DNA of 33,839 bases from the sequence record SRR22947727_2248. One strand, 5' to 3'. This document shows positions 18,652-30,293 of the stretch, one piece after another (position 1 is the stretch's first letter; every line of letters starts with the position of its first letter). The notes under the pieces were generated by a model that was given only the letters and a program-made list of their open reading frames with translations, had not been told where the DNA came from and searched no databases. Made by a program: the position numbers and the translations under genes.

Positions 18652-20063
18652 GCTTATGGAGCGCACAAGACGCAGCTTTGGCTACTGGCGGAAAGACTGC
18701 TGGAAAGTGGCAGGCTGAGGGTGTTTCGATTGACACCCGCACCCTTCGGGCAGGGGATTTATTTGTGGCGCTTGCGGATCAGCGCGATGGCCATGATTTC
18801 GTTGTTGATGCGCTGCAAAAGGGCGCTTCAGCAGCACTTGTCTCGCGTCGACCTGCAGATGTTTTAAGCGATGAAAACCTTCTCTATGTTCAGGATGTTC
18901 AAACTGCGCTTGAGGGGTTGGCCCGTGCGGCGCGCCAGCGCAGCGCGGCGCAGGTGATCGCGATCACTGGATCAGCGGGAAAAACATCTACCAAAGAAAT
19001 GCTGCGTGTGATGCTGCAAGCTCAGGGCAAAACCCATGCCTCTTACGCCAGTTACAACAATCATTGGGGCGTGCCCTTAACTTTGGCCAGCTTGCCGCGC
19101 GACGCGGCTTTTGCAGTGGTTGAAATTGGTATGAGCAATCCAGGGGAAATTGCGCCTTTGGCGCGTTTGGTGCGCCCGGATGCGGCTTTGATAACCACAG
19201 TGGCGCCGGCGCATTTGGCAGCCTTTGAAAGCCTTGAGGGTATCGCGCGTGAGAAAGCCGCGATCGTGCAGGGCCTTTCTACGCGAGGATATGCGGTTTT
19301 AAATGCCGAAGCGCCCTGCATATCGGTGATGGAGCAGGCGGTCGCAGCACAGGGATGCCAGAGCCTTTGGTTCGGGACCGGTGCGGCGCAGGCCAGGATT
19401 GCGCAACTGAGCTTAAAAAATGGCCTGACGCAGGTGATGGCCAGTATTGGGGATTTATCCCTAAAGTTTGAACTGCAAACGGTGGGGCGGCATTTTGCCT
19501 TAAATGCGCTGGGTGCGTTGGCGCTCTTGTCTAAACTGAACGCGGATGTTGAAAAAGCAGCGCGAACGCTTGCGCAGTGGCAGCCTGCAGAAGGTCGGGG
19601 GCTGCGCCACCAGTTGAACGCGTCCTTTGGCGCGGTTGAATTGATCGATGATGCCTATAATGCAAACCCTGTCTCGATGCAGGCGGCGCTGGATGTTTTG
19701 GCGCAAGCCACGTCATCCCGGCGGGTGGCTTTTTTGGGTGATATGAAAGAATTGGGTCTGGATGAGCGGGCGCATCACAGCGCCTTGGCGCGACTGCCCG
19801 CCATAAAAAATGTTGACCTTATTCATACGGCAGGCCCGTTGATGGCGGCCTTGCATCGCAGCTTGCCGGTGGAAAAGCGCGGGCAGCATTTTGCCAATGC
19901 CGAAGAGATGGCGGCCTGTGTTGAAGATTTGCTGCAGGCTGATGATTGCATTTTGGTAAAGGCCTCTTTGAGCAGCGGTTTGCGGCAAGTGGTTGACGCG
20001 ATCAAAATAATCAGCCAATTCGAACCCGATTGCGCGGCGCGCCCGGTGGAAAGGAAACGATAA
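18648..20063 (+). CDS. murF: UDP-N-acetylmuramoyl-tripeptide--D-alanyl-D-alanine ligase
   Basis: [40 protein letters not shown] and GDMKELG. ATGA overlap with murE. Confidence 0.96.
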   Translation: MSLWSAQDAALATGGKTAGKWQAEGVSIDTRTLRAGDLFVALADQRDGHDFVVDALQKGASAALVSRRPADVLSDENLLYVQDVQTALEGLARAARQRSAAQVIAITGSAGKTSTKEMLRVMLQAQGKTHASYASYNNHWGVPLTLASLPRDAAFAVVEIGMSNPGEIAPLARLVRPDAALITTVAPAHLAAFESLEGIAREKAAIVQGLSTRGYAVLNAEAPCISVMEQAVAAQGCQSLWFGTGAAQARIAQLSLKNGLTQVMASIGDLSLKFELQTVGRHFALNALGALALLSKLNADVEKAARTLAQWQPAEGRGLRHQLNASFGAVELIDDAYNANPVSMQAALDVLAQATSSRRVAFLGDMKELGLDERAHHSALARLPAIKNVDLIHTAGPLMAALHRSLPVEKRGQHFANAEEMAACVEDLLQADDCILVKASLSSGLRQVVDAIKIISQFEPDCAARPVERKR

Positions 20064-21145
20064 TGCTGTATTGGCTAACAGCTCTGTCAGACGGCGGAGA
20101 TGCTTTTAACCTTTTCCGCTATATTACCTTTCGCGCCGGTGGAGCGTTTTTCACCGCGCTGATATTTGGTTTTTTATTCGGTCCGCCCTTGATCAATGTG
20201 TTGCGCCGCCGTCAGGGCAAAGGGCAGCCCATTCGCGCCGATGGCCCGGAGGGGCATTTTGCCAAAGCGGGCACGCCCACGATGGGGGGCTTGTTGATCC
20301 TTTTGGCCGTGCTGAGCTCTACTCTGCTTTGGGCGCGGCTTGACAACGGGTTTGTTTGGATTGTGCTTTTTGTAACCTTTTCTTTCGGGTTGATTGGTTT
20401 TGCTGATGATTATGCAAAAGTCAGCCGGCAAACCGCGGCAGGTGTTCCGGGCAAGCTGCGGTTGGCTTTGGGCTTTGCAATTGCGGCGATTGCGGCCTAT
20501 CTTGCCACCTCTTTTCATCCTGATCCGCTTCAATATCAGATTGCCTTGCCAGTTTTTAAAAACCTTTTGGTAAATTTCAGTTTCTTATTCTTACCCTTTG
20601 CGATGCTGGTGATCGTCGGTTCGGCGAATGCGGTCAATCTAACCGATGGGCTCGACGGGCTTGCAATTATGCCCGCTATGATCGCCGCAGGGGCGCTGGG
20701 CGTGATCGCTTACGCCGTTGGTCGGGTCGATTTTACCACTTATCTTGATGTTCATTATGTGCCTGGAACAGGCGAAATTCTAATTTTCTGCGCCGGATTG
20801 ATTGGCGGTGGCATGGGGTTTTTGTGGTATAACGCGCCGCCTGCAGCGGTGTTTATGGGCGATACTGGATCTTTGGCCTTGGGCGGCGCGCTGGGCAGTA
20901 TCGCAGTGATCACCAAACATGAAATCGTTTGGGCGATTATTGGGGGTTTATTCGTGCTCGAGGCGCTGTCAGTGATCATTCAGGTCTTGTCGTTCAAACT
21001 CACGGGTCGGCGGGTGTTCTTAATGGCGCCCATTCATCATCATTACGAAAAAAAAGGATGGGCCGAGCCAACAATCGTGATCCGGTTTTGGATTATTGCA
21101 CTAATTCTTGCGATGATTGGTTTGGCGACCTTAAAGGTGCGCTAA
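20063..21145 (+). CDS. mraY: Phospho-N-acetylmuramoyl-pentapeptide transferase
   Basis: [34 protein letters not shown] and [12 protein letters not shown] overlaps the murF TAA (TAATG). Confidence 0.97.
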   Translation: MLYWLTALSDGGDAFNLFRYITFRAGGAFFTALIFGFLFGPPLINVLRRRQGKGQPIRADGPEGHFAKAGTPTMGGLLILLAVLSSTLLWARLDNGFVWIVLFVTFSFGLIGFADDYAKVSRQTAAGVPGKLRLALGFAIAAIAAYLATSFHPDPLQYQIALPVFKNLLVNFSFLFLPFAMLVIVGSANAVNLTDGLDGLAIMPAMIAAGALGVIAYAVGRVDFTTYLDVHYVPGTGEILIFCAGLIGGGMGFLWYNAPPAAVFMGDTGSLALGGALGSIAVITKHEIVWAIIGGLFVLEALSVIIQVLSFKLTGRRVFLMAPIHHHYEKKGWAEPTIVIRFWIIALILAMIGLATLKVR

Positions 21146-21255
21146 CGCCTTTGCCGGGGGCATGTTCGCGAGGGGGTTGCCCTGTGTTTTAACCGCTTGT
21201 CAGATCCCGCTTAGGCGATAATTATGGGCATAATTGCCAGTTAGAAGGGTGTAAT

Positions 21256-22647
21256 ATGATTCCAGCGCAGGGTGTCACGGGCAAAAACGTAGCGGTGCTC
21301 GGGCTGGGCCGTTCGGGTTTAACCGCGGCGCTAGCGTTGCGCGCTGGTGGCGCTGAAGTGCGCGTGTGGGATGATCAAGCGCCGGCGCGTCAAGCCGCCG
21401 AGGCGCAAAATTTTATTTTAGAAGATTTGGGCGCGCGCGCAGATTGGACGCAGATTGACCTGTTGATCGTCAGTCCTGGCATTGCGCATCTCTATCCAAA
21501 GCCGCATCCGGTGATCGCTACGGCGCAGGCTGCGGGTGTGACCATTGATAATGATATCGGTTTGTTTTTTCGCTCTTTTGCAACGCGCGCGTGGGATGAG
21601 TTTGATCGCCCTGCCAAAATTGTTGCGGTGACAGGCTCTAACGGAAAATCCACCACATGCGCGCTGATCCATCATATTTTAGAGCAAAACGGCATGCTCA
21701 CGCAGCTGGCGGGGAATATCGGTCGCGGCGTTATGGATCTTGAGCCGGCGCGCTCAGGCGAAGTAATCGTTTTGGAGCTGAGCAGCTATCAAACCGAACT
21801 TGCCCGCAGCTTAACGCCCGATATTGCCGTTTTTACGAATTTATCCCCCGATCATCTTGATCGCCACGGGGGGCTTGGCGGGTATTTTGCGGCAAAGCGC
21901 CGGCTTTTTGCAGAAGGCGGGCCGGATCGGGCTGTGATCGGTATTGATGATGCTGAGGGCCGCTTTTTGGCGGCGCAACTGCAACAAGGGCGCAATGATG
22001 ACAGCGTGCTTCAAGTATCGGCCTGCAGAAAATTAACCGGGACAGGGTGGATGGTGTTTGCCCGCAAAGGGTTCTTATCGGAATATCGCAAAGGCCGACA
22101 GGTTGCCGCTTTTGATTTGCGCCAACACGCCGCCCTTCCCGGAGCGCATAACCATCAAAACGCCTGCGCGGCCTACGCGGTTTGCCGCGCGCTGGGCCTC
22201 TCGCCTAAAAATATCGAAACCGCGATGGCAAGTTTCGCTGGTTTGCCCCATCGATCACAATTGGTTGCTGAAATTAATCAGGTGCGGTTTGTAAATGACA
22301 GCAAAGCCACCAATGTTGAGAGTGCCAAAAAAGCATTGATGGCTTTTGCAAATATACGTTGGATTTGCGGCGGTGCAGAAAAAGAAGGCGGCTTAGACGC
22401 GTTGCAAGGCGCGGCAAGCGCTGTGAGCAAAGCCTATGTCATTGGTGCCGAGGCGGCAGCCTTCGCGGCCAAGTTGCCCTGCCCTTATGAAATTTGTGAG
22501 ACAATGGATGTGGCCGTTAAGGCCGCCAATGCACAAGCGCAACCGGGGGATGTGGTTTTGCTGGCGCCAGCCGCGGCCAGCTTTGATCAATATAAAAGTT
22601 TTGAGCAGCGCGGCGAAGATTTCGTAGCACAGGTTGCGGCGTTGTAA
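21256..22647 (+). CDS. murD: UDP-N-acetylmuramoyl-L-alanine--D-glutamate ligase
   Basis: [38 protein letters not shown] and [10 protein letters not shown]. Confidence 0.97.
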   Translation: MIPAQGVTGKNVAVLGLGRSGLTAALALRAGGAEVRVWDDQAPARQAAEAQNFILEDLGARADWTQIDLLIVSPGIAHLYPKPHPVIATAQAAGVTIDNDIGLFFRSFATRAWDEFDRPAKIVAVTGSNGKSTTCALIHHILEQNGMLTQLAGNIGRGVMDLEPARSGEVIVLELSSYQTELARSLTPDIAVFTNLSPDHLDRHGGLGGYFAAKRRLFAEGGPDRAVIGIDDAEGRFLAAQLQQGRNDDSVLQVSACRKLTGTGWMVFARKGFLSEYRKGRQVAAFDLRQHAALPGAHNHQNACAAYAVCRALGLSPKNIETAMASFAGLPHRSQLVAEINQVRFVNDSKATNVESAKKALMAFANIRWICGGAEKEGGLDALQGAASAVSKAYVIGAEAAAFAAKLPCPYEICETMDVAVKAANAQAQPGDVVLLAPAAASFDQYKSFEQRGEDFVAQVAAL

Positions 22648-22665
22648 CGGATGTCAAAACCGAAT

Positions 22666-23859
22666 TCAGCGCGGCGCTTCGGGCTGATGTGCAATCGCTT
22701 GCCCTGCGGCCCATCCTGAAGACCAGGCCCATTGGAAATTATATCCGCCCAGCCAGCCTGTGACATCCACAGCCTCTCCTATGAAATAAAGCCCGGATAC
22801 GGTTTTGCTCATCATGGTTTTTGAGGACAGCCCGTTTGTATCCACCCCGCCCAAGGTGACTTCTGCCGTACGGTAGCCTTCGCTGCCGGCGGGCCTGAGC
22901 TGCCACGCATGAAGCTGCCGTGCCAAAGCATGAAGCGCTTTATCAGATTGATCGGCTAGATTTCCAGTTAATCCCAGATCCTGCACGATGAAATCAGACA
23001 GGCGCGCCGGCATAAACCCCGCCAAGATGGTGGATACGTTTCGCGCGCCTTTTTGTTGGCGCTGTGCGCGCAACGCCTCATAAATCGAACTGTTGGGAAA
23101 GAGATCGATCTCAAACGCTTCGGTTTCTTCCCAATAAGAGGAAAGTTGCAATATCGCGGGCCCAGACAGGCCGCGATGGGTGAAAAGAACCGCCTCGTCA
23201 AAGCTGGTCTTTGCGTTTGAAACGCGGGCTTCAATGGCAATGCCTGCCAAAGGCTTGAAGCGCTCTGGCTCAAAGGTCAATGGAACCAGCGCCGGGCGCG
23301 TTCTGGTCACGTTCATTTGAAATTGTGCCGCAATGTCATAAGCCAGCCCGGTGGCACCCATTTTGGGAATAGATTTGCCACCGCAGGCAATCACCAAATT
23401 GCGGCAGCTTATGGCGTATCGTTGCCCCTCGCGCTCAAGGTCTAACGCAAAGCCCTGATCGGTTTTGTTAAGAGCTGTTAGGCGCGTGTTTACCCACAAC
23501 TCTGCGCCGCGCGCGTCCAGCTCATCCAAGAGCATTGTGATAATCTGTTTGGCGCTGATGTCGCAAAACAGCTGGCCCAACGTTTTTTCATGATAGGCAA
23601 TTTTATGTTTTTCGACCAAATTGATGAAATCCCACTGTGTGTAGCGGCTGAGTGCACTTTTGTGAAAATGTGGATTATTGGATAAAAACCGATCGGGTTG
23701 AATGTTAAGATTGGTAAAGTTGCAGCGACCACCGCCTGAAATGCGAATTTTTTCGCCGGGGGCTTTGGCGTGATCGATCACCAAAATCCGCCCCTGCGCC
23801 TGCGTTGCGCACATCAGGCCGGCCGCACCTGCTCCGATTATGAGTGTATCAAATTGCAT
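22666..23859 (-). CDS. HI0933/YhiN (BaiN-like) NAD(P)/FAD-dependent oxidoreductase
   Basis: IIGAGAAG, KIRISGGGRCNFTN, LFTHRGLSGP, AEVTLGGV and GWLGGYNFQWAWSSG. Start set at MQFD (23859). Confidence 0.92.
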   Translation of the reverse strand: MQFDTLIIGAGAAGLMCATQAQGRILVIDHAKAPGEKIRISGGGRCNFTNLNIQPDRFLSNNPHFHKSALSRYTQWDFINLVEKHKIAYHEKTLGQLFCDISAKQIITMLLDELDARGAELWVNTRLTALNKTDQGFALDLEREGQRYAISCRNLVIACGGKSIPKMGATGLAYDIAAQFQMNVTRTRPALVPLTFEPERFKPLAGIAIEARVSNAKTSFDEAVLFTHRGLSGPAILQLSSYWEETEAFEIDLFPNSSIYEALRAQRQQKGARNVSTILAGFMPARLSDFIVQDLGLTGNLADQSDKALHALARQLHAWQLRPAGSEGYRTAEVTLGGVDTNGLSSKTMMSKTVSGLYFIGEAVDVTGWLGGYNFQWAWSSGWAAGQAIAHQPEAPR

Positions 23860-24001
23860 AGATGATCCGATGCAGGGTTTTGCTCGGTTTGACAAGAGTG
23901 AAGCTTTTTATCTGGTCTTGAGACAATATATTGCGTATGTTTGGCTCAAGATCCCATCAATGGGGCAAAGCAGGTTTGAACAGGCAGGTTAGGCGCGTCG
24001 T

Positions 24002-25165
24002 ATGACAGAAATGGTCTATGGATCAGCCCCGGTGCATCGGGATGAGCCGTTACTTTCAAAATGGTGGAGAACGATCGATAAATGGAGCTTATCCGCCGTG
24101 CTAATCTTGTTCGGCATAGGGATATTGCTTGGTTTTGCCGCTTCTCCTCCGCTGGCAGAGAAAAATGGATTTCAGCCGTTTCATTATGTCCACCGGCAAG
24201 TAATGTTCGGCGGCTTAGCCCTGTTGGCAATGCTGATCACCTCGATGATGTCGACGCGTTTGGTGCGTCGCTTGGCCGTTTTGGGATTTATCGGGGCTTT
24301 TGTGGCTGTTATGCTTCTGCCGTATTTTGGAACAGATTTTGGCAAAGGCGCGGTGCGCTGGTATGCGCTTGGATTTGCAAGCGTGCAACCCTCTGAGTTT
24401 TTGAAGCCTGGTTTTATCGTGGTGACAGCTTGGTTGATTTCTGCAGCCGATGAAATCAACGGCCCCCCCGGGAGGCTTTGGTCGTTCCTTCTGGCGGTTA
24501 CCGTGGCGGCTTTATTGGTGATGCAACCAGATTTTGGGCAAGCCTGTCTGATTTTATTCGGCTGGGGCGTTGTTTATTTTATTGGCGGTGCACCGCTTTC
24601 ACTTTTGTTGGTATTGGCCAGTCTTGTCAGCGCCGCGGGGGCGTTCGCCTATAATATGTCGGAACATTTTGCGCGCAGAATTGATGGGTTTCTGTCCGCA
24701 GATATCGATCCGCGGACTCAATTGGGCTATGCCGCCAATGCCATTCAAGAGGGCGGGATCTTTGGGGTTGGGCCCGGGGAAGGGCAGGTTAAATGGTCAT
24801 TGCCCGATGCGCATACAGATTTTATCATCGCTGTCGCCGCCGAAGAATATGGCTTTGTGATGGTTGTGCTGATCATTGCGATCTTTGCCAGTATTGTGAT
24901 TAATTCCTTATTTCGCTTGCTGCGCGAGCGCGACGCGTTCAACCGATTGGCGGGGGCTGGTTTGGTCTGCATGTTTGGCGTGCAAGCGATGATTAATATT
25001 GGGGTGGCTGTGCGCCTTTTACCCGCAAAAGGTATGACTTTGCCTTTCGTAAGCTACGGTGGATCGTCCTTGATTGCAGGCGGTATTGCGATTGGTATGG
25101 TACTGGTTTTCACGCGAAAGCGGCCGCAGAAAGATGTGTCTGATCTGCTTGGAGCCCGGTCATGA
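24002..25165 (+). CDS. ftsW: Peptidoglycan glycosyltransferase FtsW (SEDS)
   Basis: [28 protein letters not shown] and [14 protein letters not shown]. Confidence 0.96.
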   Translation: MTEMVYGSAPVHRDEPLLSKWWRTIDKWSLSAVLILFGIGILLGFAASPPLAEKNGFQPFHYVHRQVMFGGLALLAMLITSMMSTRLVRRLAVLGFIGAFVAVMLLPYFGTDFGKGAVRWYALGFASVQPSEFLKPGFIVVTAWLISAADEINGPPGRLWSFLLAVTVAALLVMQPDFGQACLILFGWGVVYFIGGAPLSLLLVLASLVSAAGAFAYNMSEHFARRIDGFLSADIDPRTQLGYAANAIQEGGIFGVGPGEGQVKWSLPDAHTDFIIAVAAEEYGFVMVVLIIAIFASIVINSLFRLLRERDAFNRLAGAGLVCMFGVQAMINIGVAVRLLPAKGMTLPFVSYGGSSLIAGGIAIGMVLVFTRKRPQKDVSDLLGARS

Positions 25166-26262
25166 GCCGCAAACCGCTTTTGGTTCTGGCTGCCGGGGGC
25201 ACCGGTGGGCATATGTTCCCGGCACAGGCCCTTGCAGAGCATATGCTGGCGCAGGGCTGGCGCGTGAAACTGGCAACGGATCGGCGCGGAGCGCGCTATG
25301 CAAAAGGCTTTCCTTCCGAGGTGAAGCGGGTTGTCCTTTCCTCTTCAACATTTGCCCGCGGAGGAATTTTTGCAAAACTGATTGTACCGTTTCAGATCTT
25401 TTTTGGAATTTTATCGGCGCTGATCACGATGCTGATCGATCGCCCCACCGTGGTGATCGGCTTTGGTGGATATCCCAGTATTCCCACGCTTAGCGCCGCA
25501 TGGGTGTTAAGATGTCCGCGTTTGCTGCATGAACAAAATGGCGTTTTGGGGCGGGTCAACCAGATTTTCGCCAAACGTGTAGATGCGGTTGCCTGTGGTT
25601 TATGGCCCACCGCGCTTCCGGAAGGTGTTAATGGTCATCACACGGGCAATCCGGTGCGCGCGGCTGTCAGAGCCCGCGCCAAGGCGCCTTACATCGTGCC
25701 TGGGGATTACCCGTTATCGGTTTTGGTGATCGGGGGCAGCCAAGGCGCGCGCATATTATCGGATGTGGTGCCGCCGGCTTTGGCGGATTTGCCTTGGAAT
25801 GTTGTGCAAAACCTCAGGGTCAGCCATCAAGCGCGGATTGAAGACCAGCCACGCGTGTCTCAGTTTTACGCTGAGAATGGGATCACGGCAGAGGTCGAAA
25901 CGTTTTTTGAGGACATTGCCACGCGGATGAGCGAAGCGCAGCTGGTGATCAGTCGGGCAGGGGCGTCTTCGGTTGCAGATATTGCCGTGATTGGGCGACC
26001 GTCTATATTGGTGCCCTTGGCAATCGCGCTGCGCGATGAGCAAAGCTCGAACGCTTCCGTTTTGGTGCAAGCTGGGGCGGCTATTTTGTGTAAAGAAGCT
26101 GATTTTGAAGTGGGGCCTTTGAATGCAATCCTGACCGATTTTTTTGACAAGCCGGAGGTAGCCTTGAAAATGGCCCAATCGGCGGGCAAGTCAGGGATTG
26201 AAAACGCCACCGACCAGCTGGCGGCGTTGATGCATAAAGTGATTGAGGCGGCAAAGTCATGA
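25162..26262 (+). CDS. murG: Undecaprenyldiphospho-muramoylpentapeptide beta-N-acetylglucosaminyltransferase
   Basis: [33 protein letters not shown] and SRAGASS. Confidence 0.97.
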   Translation: MSRKPLLVLAAGGTGGHMFPAQALAEHMLAQGWRVKLATDRRGARYAKGFPSEVKRVVLSSSTFARGGIFAKLIVPFQIFFGILSALITMLIDRPTVVIGFGGYPSIPTLSAAWVLRCPRLLHEQNGVLGRVNQIFAKRVDAVACGLWPTALPEGVNGHHTGNPVRAAVRARAKAPYIVPGDYPLSVLVIGGSQGARILSDVVPPALADLPWNVVQNLRVSHQARIEDQPRVSQFYAENGITAEVETFFEDIATRMSEAQLVISRAGASSVADIAVIGRPSILVPLAIALRDEQSSNASVLVQAGAAILCKEADFEVGPLNAILTDFFDKPEVALKMAQSAGKSGIENATDQLAALMHKVIEAAKS

Positions 26263-27665
26263 GCGCGATGACCAAATTGCCGATCGATATTGGGCCAATT
26301 CATTTTATCGGGATTGGCGGCATAGGCATGTCGGGGATTGCGGAGGTTTTGCTTAATCTGGGCTATCAAGTGCAGGGCTCAGATTTGAAGGAAAGCAAAA
26401 TCACGGCGCGGCTCGAGGCGCTGGGTGCAACGATTTTTATCGGGCAAAGCGCAGATAATTTGGGCGCGGCAGAGGTGATTGTGATTTCTTCGGCGATCAA
26501 AGCGGGCAATCCTGAACTGGACGCGGCGCGGGTTGCCAGCTTGCCGATTGTGCGGCGGGCCGAGATGCTGGCCGAATTGATGCGGCTCAAATCCAACGTG
26601 GCGATTGCGGGCACGCATGGCAAAACCACAACCACAACGATGGTTGCCGCGCTTTTGGATGGGGGAGGTCTTGACCCTACGGTCATCAACGGGGGGATTA
26701 TCCACGCTTATGGCTCCAACGCACGATTGGGGCAGGGCGAATGGATGGTGGTGGAAGCAGATGAAAGCGATGGTACCTTTACCCGCTTGCCAGCCACCAT
26801 TGCTATCGTGACCAATATTGATCCCGAGCATATGGAGCATTGGGGGGATTTTGAGGCACTGAAAGCTGGTTTTTTAAACTTTATCTCTAACATCCCTTTC
26901 TATGGGGTGGCGGTGTGCTGCACGGATCACGCTGAAGTGCAGGCATTGGTTGGAAAAATAACCGACCGCAAAGTGATTACCTATGGGTTTAATGCCCAAG
27001 CTGATGTGCGCTGTCTGAATCTGCAATATAAGGATGGATCAGCCTTTTTTGACGTGGCTTTGCAAGGTGAAGACACCCTAATCACGGGCTGTCATTTGCC
27101 GATGCCTGGGGATCATAATGTATCAAATGCGCTATCGGCGATTGCTGTGGCGCGGCATTTGGGGCTCAGCGCCGCCGAAATTCGCGCGGCGTTAAGCGGT
27201 TTTAAAGGTGTGAACCGGCGCTTTACGAAAGTTGGTGAGGTCAATGGCGTTACTATCATCGATGATTATGGGCATCATCCGGTTGAAATTGCTGCTGTAT
27301 TAAAAGCAGCTCGGCAAAGCTGCTCTGGAAAAGTGATCGCCGTGCACCAACCACATCGCTACACCCGATTGCACAGTTTGTTCGATGATTTTTGCACCTG
27401 TTTTAATGATGCGGATGTTGTGGCCATTGGTGATATTTTTGCCGCTGGTGAGGCGCCGATCGTGGGGGCCAGCCGCGATGATTTGGTGGATGGGCTTTTG
27501 CGCCATGGGCATCGGGATGCCCGGGCTTTGGCATCAGAAGATGCGCTTGAAGCCTTGGTGCGGGCGCAGGCGGGGCCAGGCGATATTGTCGTGTGCCTTG
27601 GCGCGGGCACGATCAGTGCTTGGGCCAATCGCTTGCCCGAACGTTTGTCCGGTTCCCATCTTTAA
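26259..27665 (+). CDS. murC: UDP-N-acetylmuramate--L-alanine ligase
   Basis: [37 protein letters not shown] and QPHRYTR. Confidence 0.97.
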   Translation: MSAMTKLPIDIGPIHFIGIGGIGMSGIAEVLLNLGYQVQGSDLKESKITARLEALGATIFIGQSADNLGAAEVIVISSAIKAGNPELDAARVASLPIVRRAEMLAELMRLKSNVAIAGTHGKTTTTTMVAALLDGGGLDPTVINGGIIHAYGSNARLGQGEWMVVEADESDGTFTRLPATIAIVTNIDPEHMEHWGDFEALKAGFLNFISNIPFYGVAVCCTDHAEVQALVGKITDRKVITYGFNAQADVRCLNLQYKDGSAFFDVALQGEDTLITGCHLPMPGDHNVSNALSAIAVARHLGLSAAEIRAALSGFKGVNRRFTKVGEVNGVTIIDDYGHHPVEIAAVLKAARQSCSGKVIAVHQPHRYTRLHSLFDDFCTCFNDADVVAIGDIFAAGEAPIVGASRDDLVDGLLRHGHRDARALASEDALEALVRAQAGPGDIVVCLGAGTISAWANRLPERLSGSHL

Positions 27666-28726
27666 GGTCTTTTAAAGACCGCGCTAAAGCGGCTTATCCC
27701 AGTGATCAGAATAACAGTGGCTGTGATCCGAAATATGTGATGCACCGTGATCAAGGCTGGGCTGGTTTGCAGACTAAGAGCGATCAATGACATTTCTGTC
27801 ACCCCGCCCGGCGAAAAGCTGATCAGCAAAACGTCAAATGGCAAACCGGTATAAAGCGAGAGCAGCGCGCTGAGGGAAAGCGCGAGGCTCAGCATGGCCA
27901 GCGCGCTTAACAATCCAAGGCTGGCGCTGCGCCTTAGCGCGGCGTAGCCAAATCCAACAAACCGGCTTCCCAAGCTGACCCCGATTATGATCTGGGCGAT
28001 GATCAACAGGCTATTGGGCAATTGTACGCTGCCATAGCCGGACAGGTTGAGCAGGCCGGCGGCTAAAGCGGGCCCAATGAGTTGCCCCGCTGGTAATTTC
28101 AGCCGGCGCCCCAAATATAAACCGATCAAACCAACCACCAGCGTGAGTAAGAGGTTTTGAGTTGTAAACAGCGAAGGGTCAGATCCTGGCAAGGCAAGGC
28201 CGGCAGCGCTGCCCACAGGGCTTCCCATCCAAAGCGACAGACCGCTTGGAACCAGGATGATAACAAAAATTACCCTTAGAAATTGCTGCAGGGTTAAAAT
28301 GCGGCTGTCACAGCCATATGTTTCTCCAAGCGCAATGCTTTCCAATAAGCCGCCCGGGGCGCTGCAAAAAAACGCCGTTGCAGGATCATATCGGCCCAAG
28401 CGTCTGAAAATCAAAAAATTGACGCTCAAAGCTAGGCCGATAAACGCGATTAACCCAAGCAAGCTGGGCAGTATATTGGGTACGTGTTGTATCACTTTCC
28501 AGGTGATCTGGCTGCCAATCATTACGCCAATCACGGCAATGAACAGCATACGAAACCTATGCGGGAATTGATAAGAAGAAGGAATATTTCCCCATCCCAA
28601 AATGCTAATAAGAGCCGTTGCCACTAACGGACCCAGCATCCATGGTAATGGCAAAAGGGTTTTGCTGCAGATAAAGCCGGCAAGCGCCCCCAGGCTAATC
28701 AGCGCGGCTGTTGTTTTTAAAACCAT
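27662..28726 (-). CDS. AbrB-family (putative ammonia monooxygenase-like) duplicated membrane protein
   Basis: Two repeats: PLPWMLGP / PAGQLIGP and SAPGGLLE / FSPGGVTEM; highly hydrophobic. Start at 28726 or 28747. Confidence 0.88.
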   Translation of the reverse strand: MVLKTTAALISLGALAGFICSKTLLPLPWMLGPLVATALISILGWGNIPSSYQFPHRFRMLFIAVIGVMIGSQITWKVIQHVPNILPSLLGLIAFIGLALSVNFLIFRRLGRYDPATAFFCSAPGGLLESIALGETYGCDSRILTLQQFLRVIFVIILVPSGLSLWMGSPVGSAAGLALPGSDPSLFTTQNLLLTLVVGLIGLYLGRRLKLPAGQLIGPALAAGLLNLSGYGSVQLPNSLLIIAQIIIGVSLGSRFVGFGYAALRRSASLGLLSALAMLSLALSLSALLSLYTGLPFDVLLISFSPGGVTEMSLIALSLQTSPALITVHHIFRITATVILITGISRFSAVFKRP

Positions 28727-28796
28727 GGCTTTTAAGCACCGTCTCACTCAGGTAGTACTGCGGGAATGCTGCAAAGCCTGAGGCTTGTCAAATCGC

Positions 28797-29009
28797 TTAA
28801 GCGTCACGCCTGTTTTGTACCAAAAACGCATGCAGCTGTTCGGCCAGGGGATGGTTGCTTTCAAGCGCAAAAATATAGGCTTGAGTTGCAAGAAAGCATT
28901 GTTCGTCAAGCGTTTGAGCCGTGGCGCTGCCGGCGGCATAGAGCTCTGCCAATGCGGCGGAATCTTGGCGGGCATGCGCCGCTTGCACCTGAATATCGAG
29001 CTGCATCAC
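28797..29009 (-). CDS. Small conserved hypothetical protein (70 aa) translationally coupled to the Rieske oxygenase
   Basis: AAHARQD..AL..LY and CFLATQAYIFALE..HP, Ala/Leu-rich and helical. ATGA overlap with the Rieske stop. Confidence 0.7.
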   Translation of the reverse strand: MMQLDIQVQAAHARQDSAALAELYAAGSATAQTLDEQCFLATQAYIFALESNHPLAEQLHAFLVQNRRDA

Positions 29010-30202
29010 GGTGCAGGAGCAAAGGCAGAGGCGGGCGAATGCTGGGCCGGTTCGTTTTGTGCTTCTGTCAGCGTCTTAGCCACCCAAGCGTGAAAGCAAT
29101 GCGTCGGAGCATCCATCGCGGGCGAAAAACGCCCTCCGTCAAACCCCGGTCCATGGCGCCCGCGCTGCATCCCCTCGACCACAAAAATATCTTCTTCCAA
29201 GACAGATTTCCACTGCGCGGTGTTCTGTGCCCGCAAGGTTGGTTCGGTTGCGTCTGTGGCATAATATAAATGTACGTGCTCGATACTTTTTTCAGGCCCT
29301 AAGGGCGCGATAATCACCGCAAAAGCATGATCACGATGGGTGCCCAGAAGCACATTTGGATAAATGGCCAGATATTCAGCGGCTTGGTTCCATTTGCTAC
29401 TTAGATTTTTGAAATCAGGGAATTTTTCGGCCCGATTCCCGGTTAATTGCCGATAGACGGTGGTGCCTTGGCCAGAATAACACCCCGCGGATTGAATGTT
29501 GTAATGATCTTCGAGCCGCGAATAGCTGTTCAACCCGGGATGCACCCACGGCAAGTGATAGCTTTCGCAATAATTCTCAACCGCCAATTTCCAGTTGGTG
29601 TTCAACGCAAGCTCAAAACGGCTATCTGCGCCGCCATGAAAAAGCGGTTGGTCAAATTCAGACCAGCGTTCCATTGGCTCGGCCATGGCTATTTCAAACG
29701 CGGGCGCCGTGCCTGAAAGGTTGACCCAGATAATATCGCGCCAAATATAACTCGCAACTTCGATCAATCCCAGCGCGTCGCGATCTATATCTTCATGGGT
29801 ATTTATACCCGGACCGCCCACATGGGGGGTGCTGATCAATCGACCATCTGTGGCATAGCACCAGCTATGATAGGGGCATCTGATTGCCCCTTCGATTTTT
29901 TTAGGCGCGTCGATCAAGATCATACCACGATGCCTGCAGATGTTTTGAAACACTCTAACGCGATTTGAGCGATCGCGTATCATCACCAGTGGCACGTCTA
30001 AGAAATCAACTGGCTTTGCATCCCCTATCTGTGGAATATCTGCGGCAACGCCCAAGCCTGCCCATTGCCGAAATAGCAAGGCATGTTTTTCAACCTCATA
30101 GACGGACAGGTCCGTGTAATGTGCGTTTGCAAGCCCTCTGGCCCGTGCAACGGGGTTTTGGACTGCCTCTAAATCAGAAAATGGTTCCATCATTTGCCTC
30201 AC
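29006..30202 (-). CDS. Rieske non-heme iron oxygenase alpha subunit (choline monooxygenase/quaternary-amine-oxidising-like)
   Basis: CRHRG...CPYHSW Rieske motif; NWKLAVENYCESYHLPWVH and EEDIFVVEGMQRG mononuclear Fe ligands. Start at 30202 or a few codons downstream (MMEPF). Confidence 0.9.
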   Translation of the reverse strand: MRQMMEPFSDLEAVQNPVARARGLANAHYTDLSVYEVEKHALLFRQWAGLGVAADIPQIGDAKPVDFLDVPLVMIRDRSNRVRVFQNICRHRGMILIDAPKKIEGAIRCPYHSWCYATDGRLISTPHVGGPGINTHEDIDRDALGLIEVASYIWRDIIWVNLSGTAPAFEIAMAEPMERWSEFDQPLFHGGADSRFELALNTNWKLAVENYCESYHLPWVHPGLNSYSRLEDHYNIQSAGCYSGQGTTVYRQLTGNRAEKFPDFKNLSSKWNQAAEYLAIYPNVLLGTHRDHAFAVIIAPLGPEKSIEHVHLYYATDATEPTLRAQNTAQWKSVLEEDIFVVEGMQRGRHGPGFDGGRFSPAMDAPTHCFHAWVAKTLTEAQNEPAQHSPASAFAPAP

Positions 30203-30293
30203 CGGTTTGCTTGAAGCCTTGTGGCAGTCAAGTCTTTAAATCTGGTTCCGTGCGCGCCAATTCGCGACCTGTCGATGCCGCAACTCACCTAAT

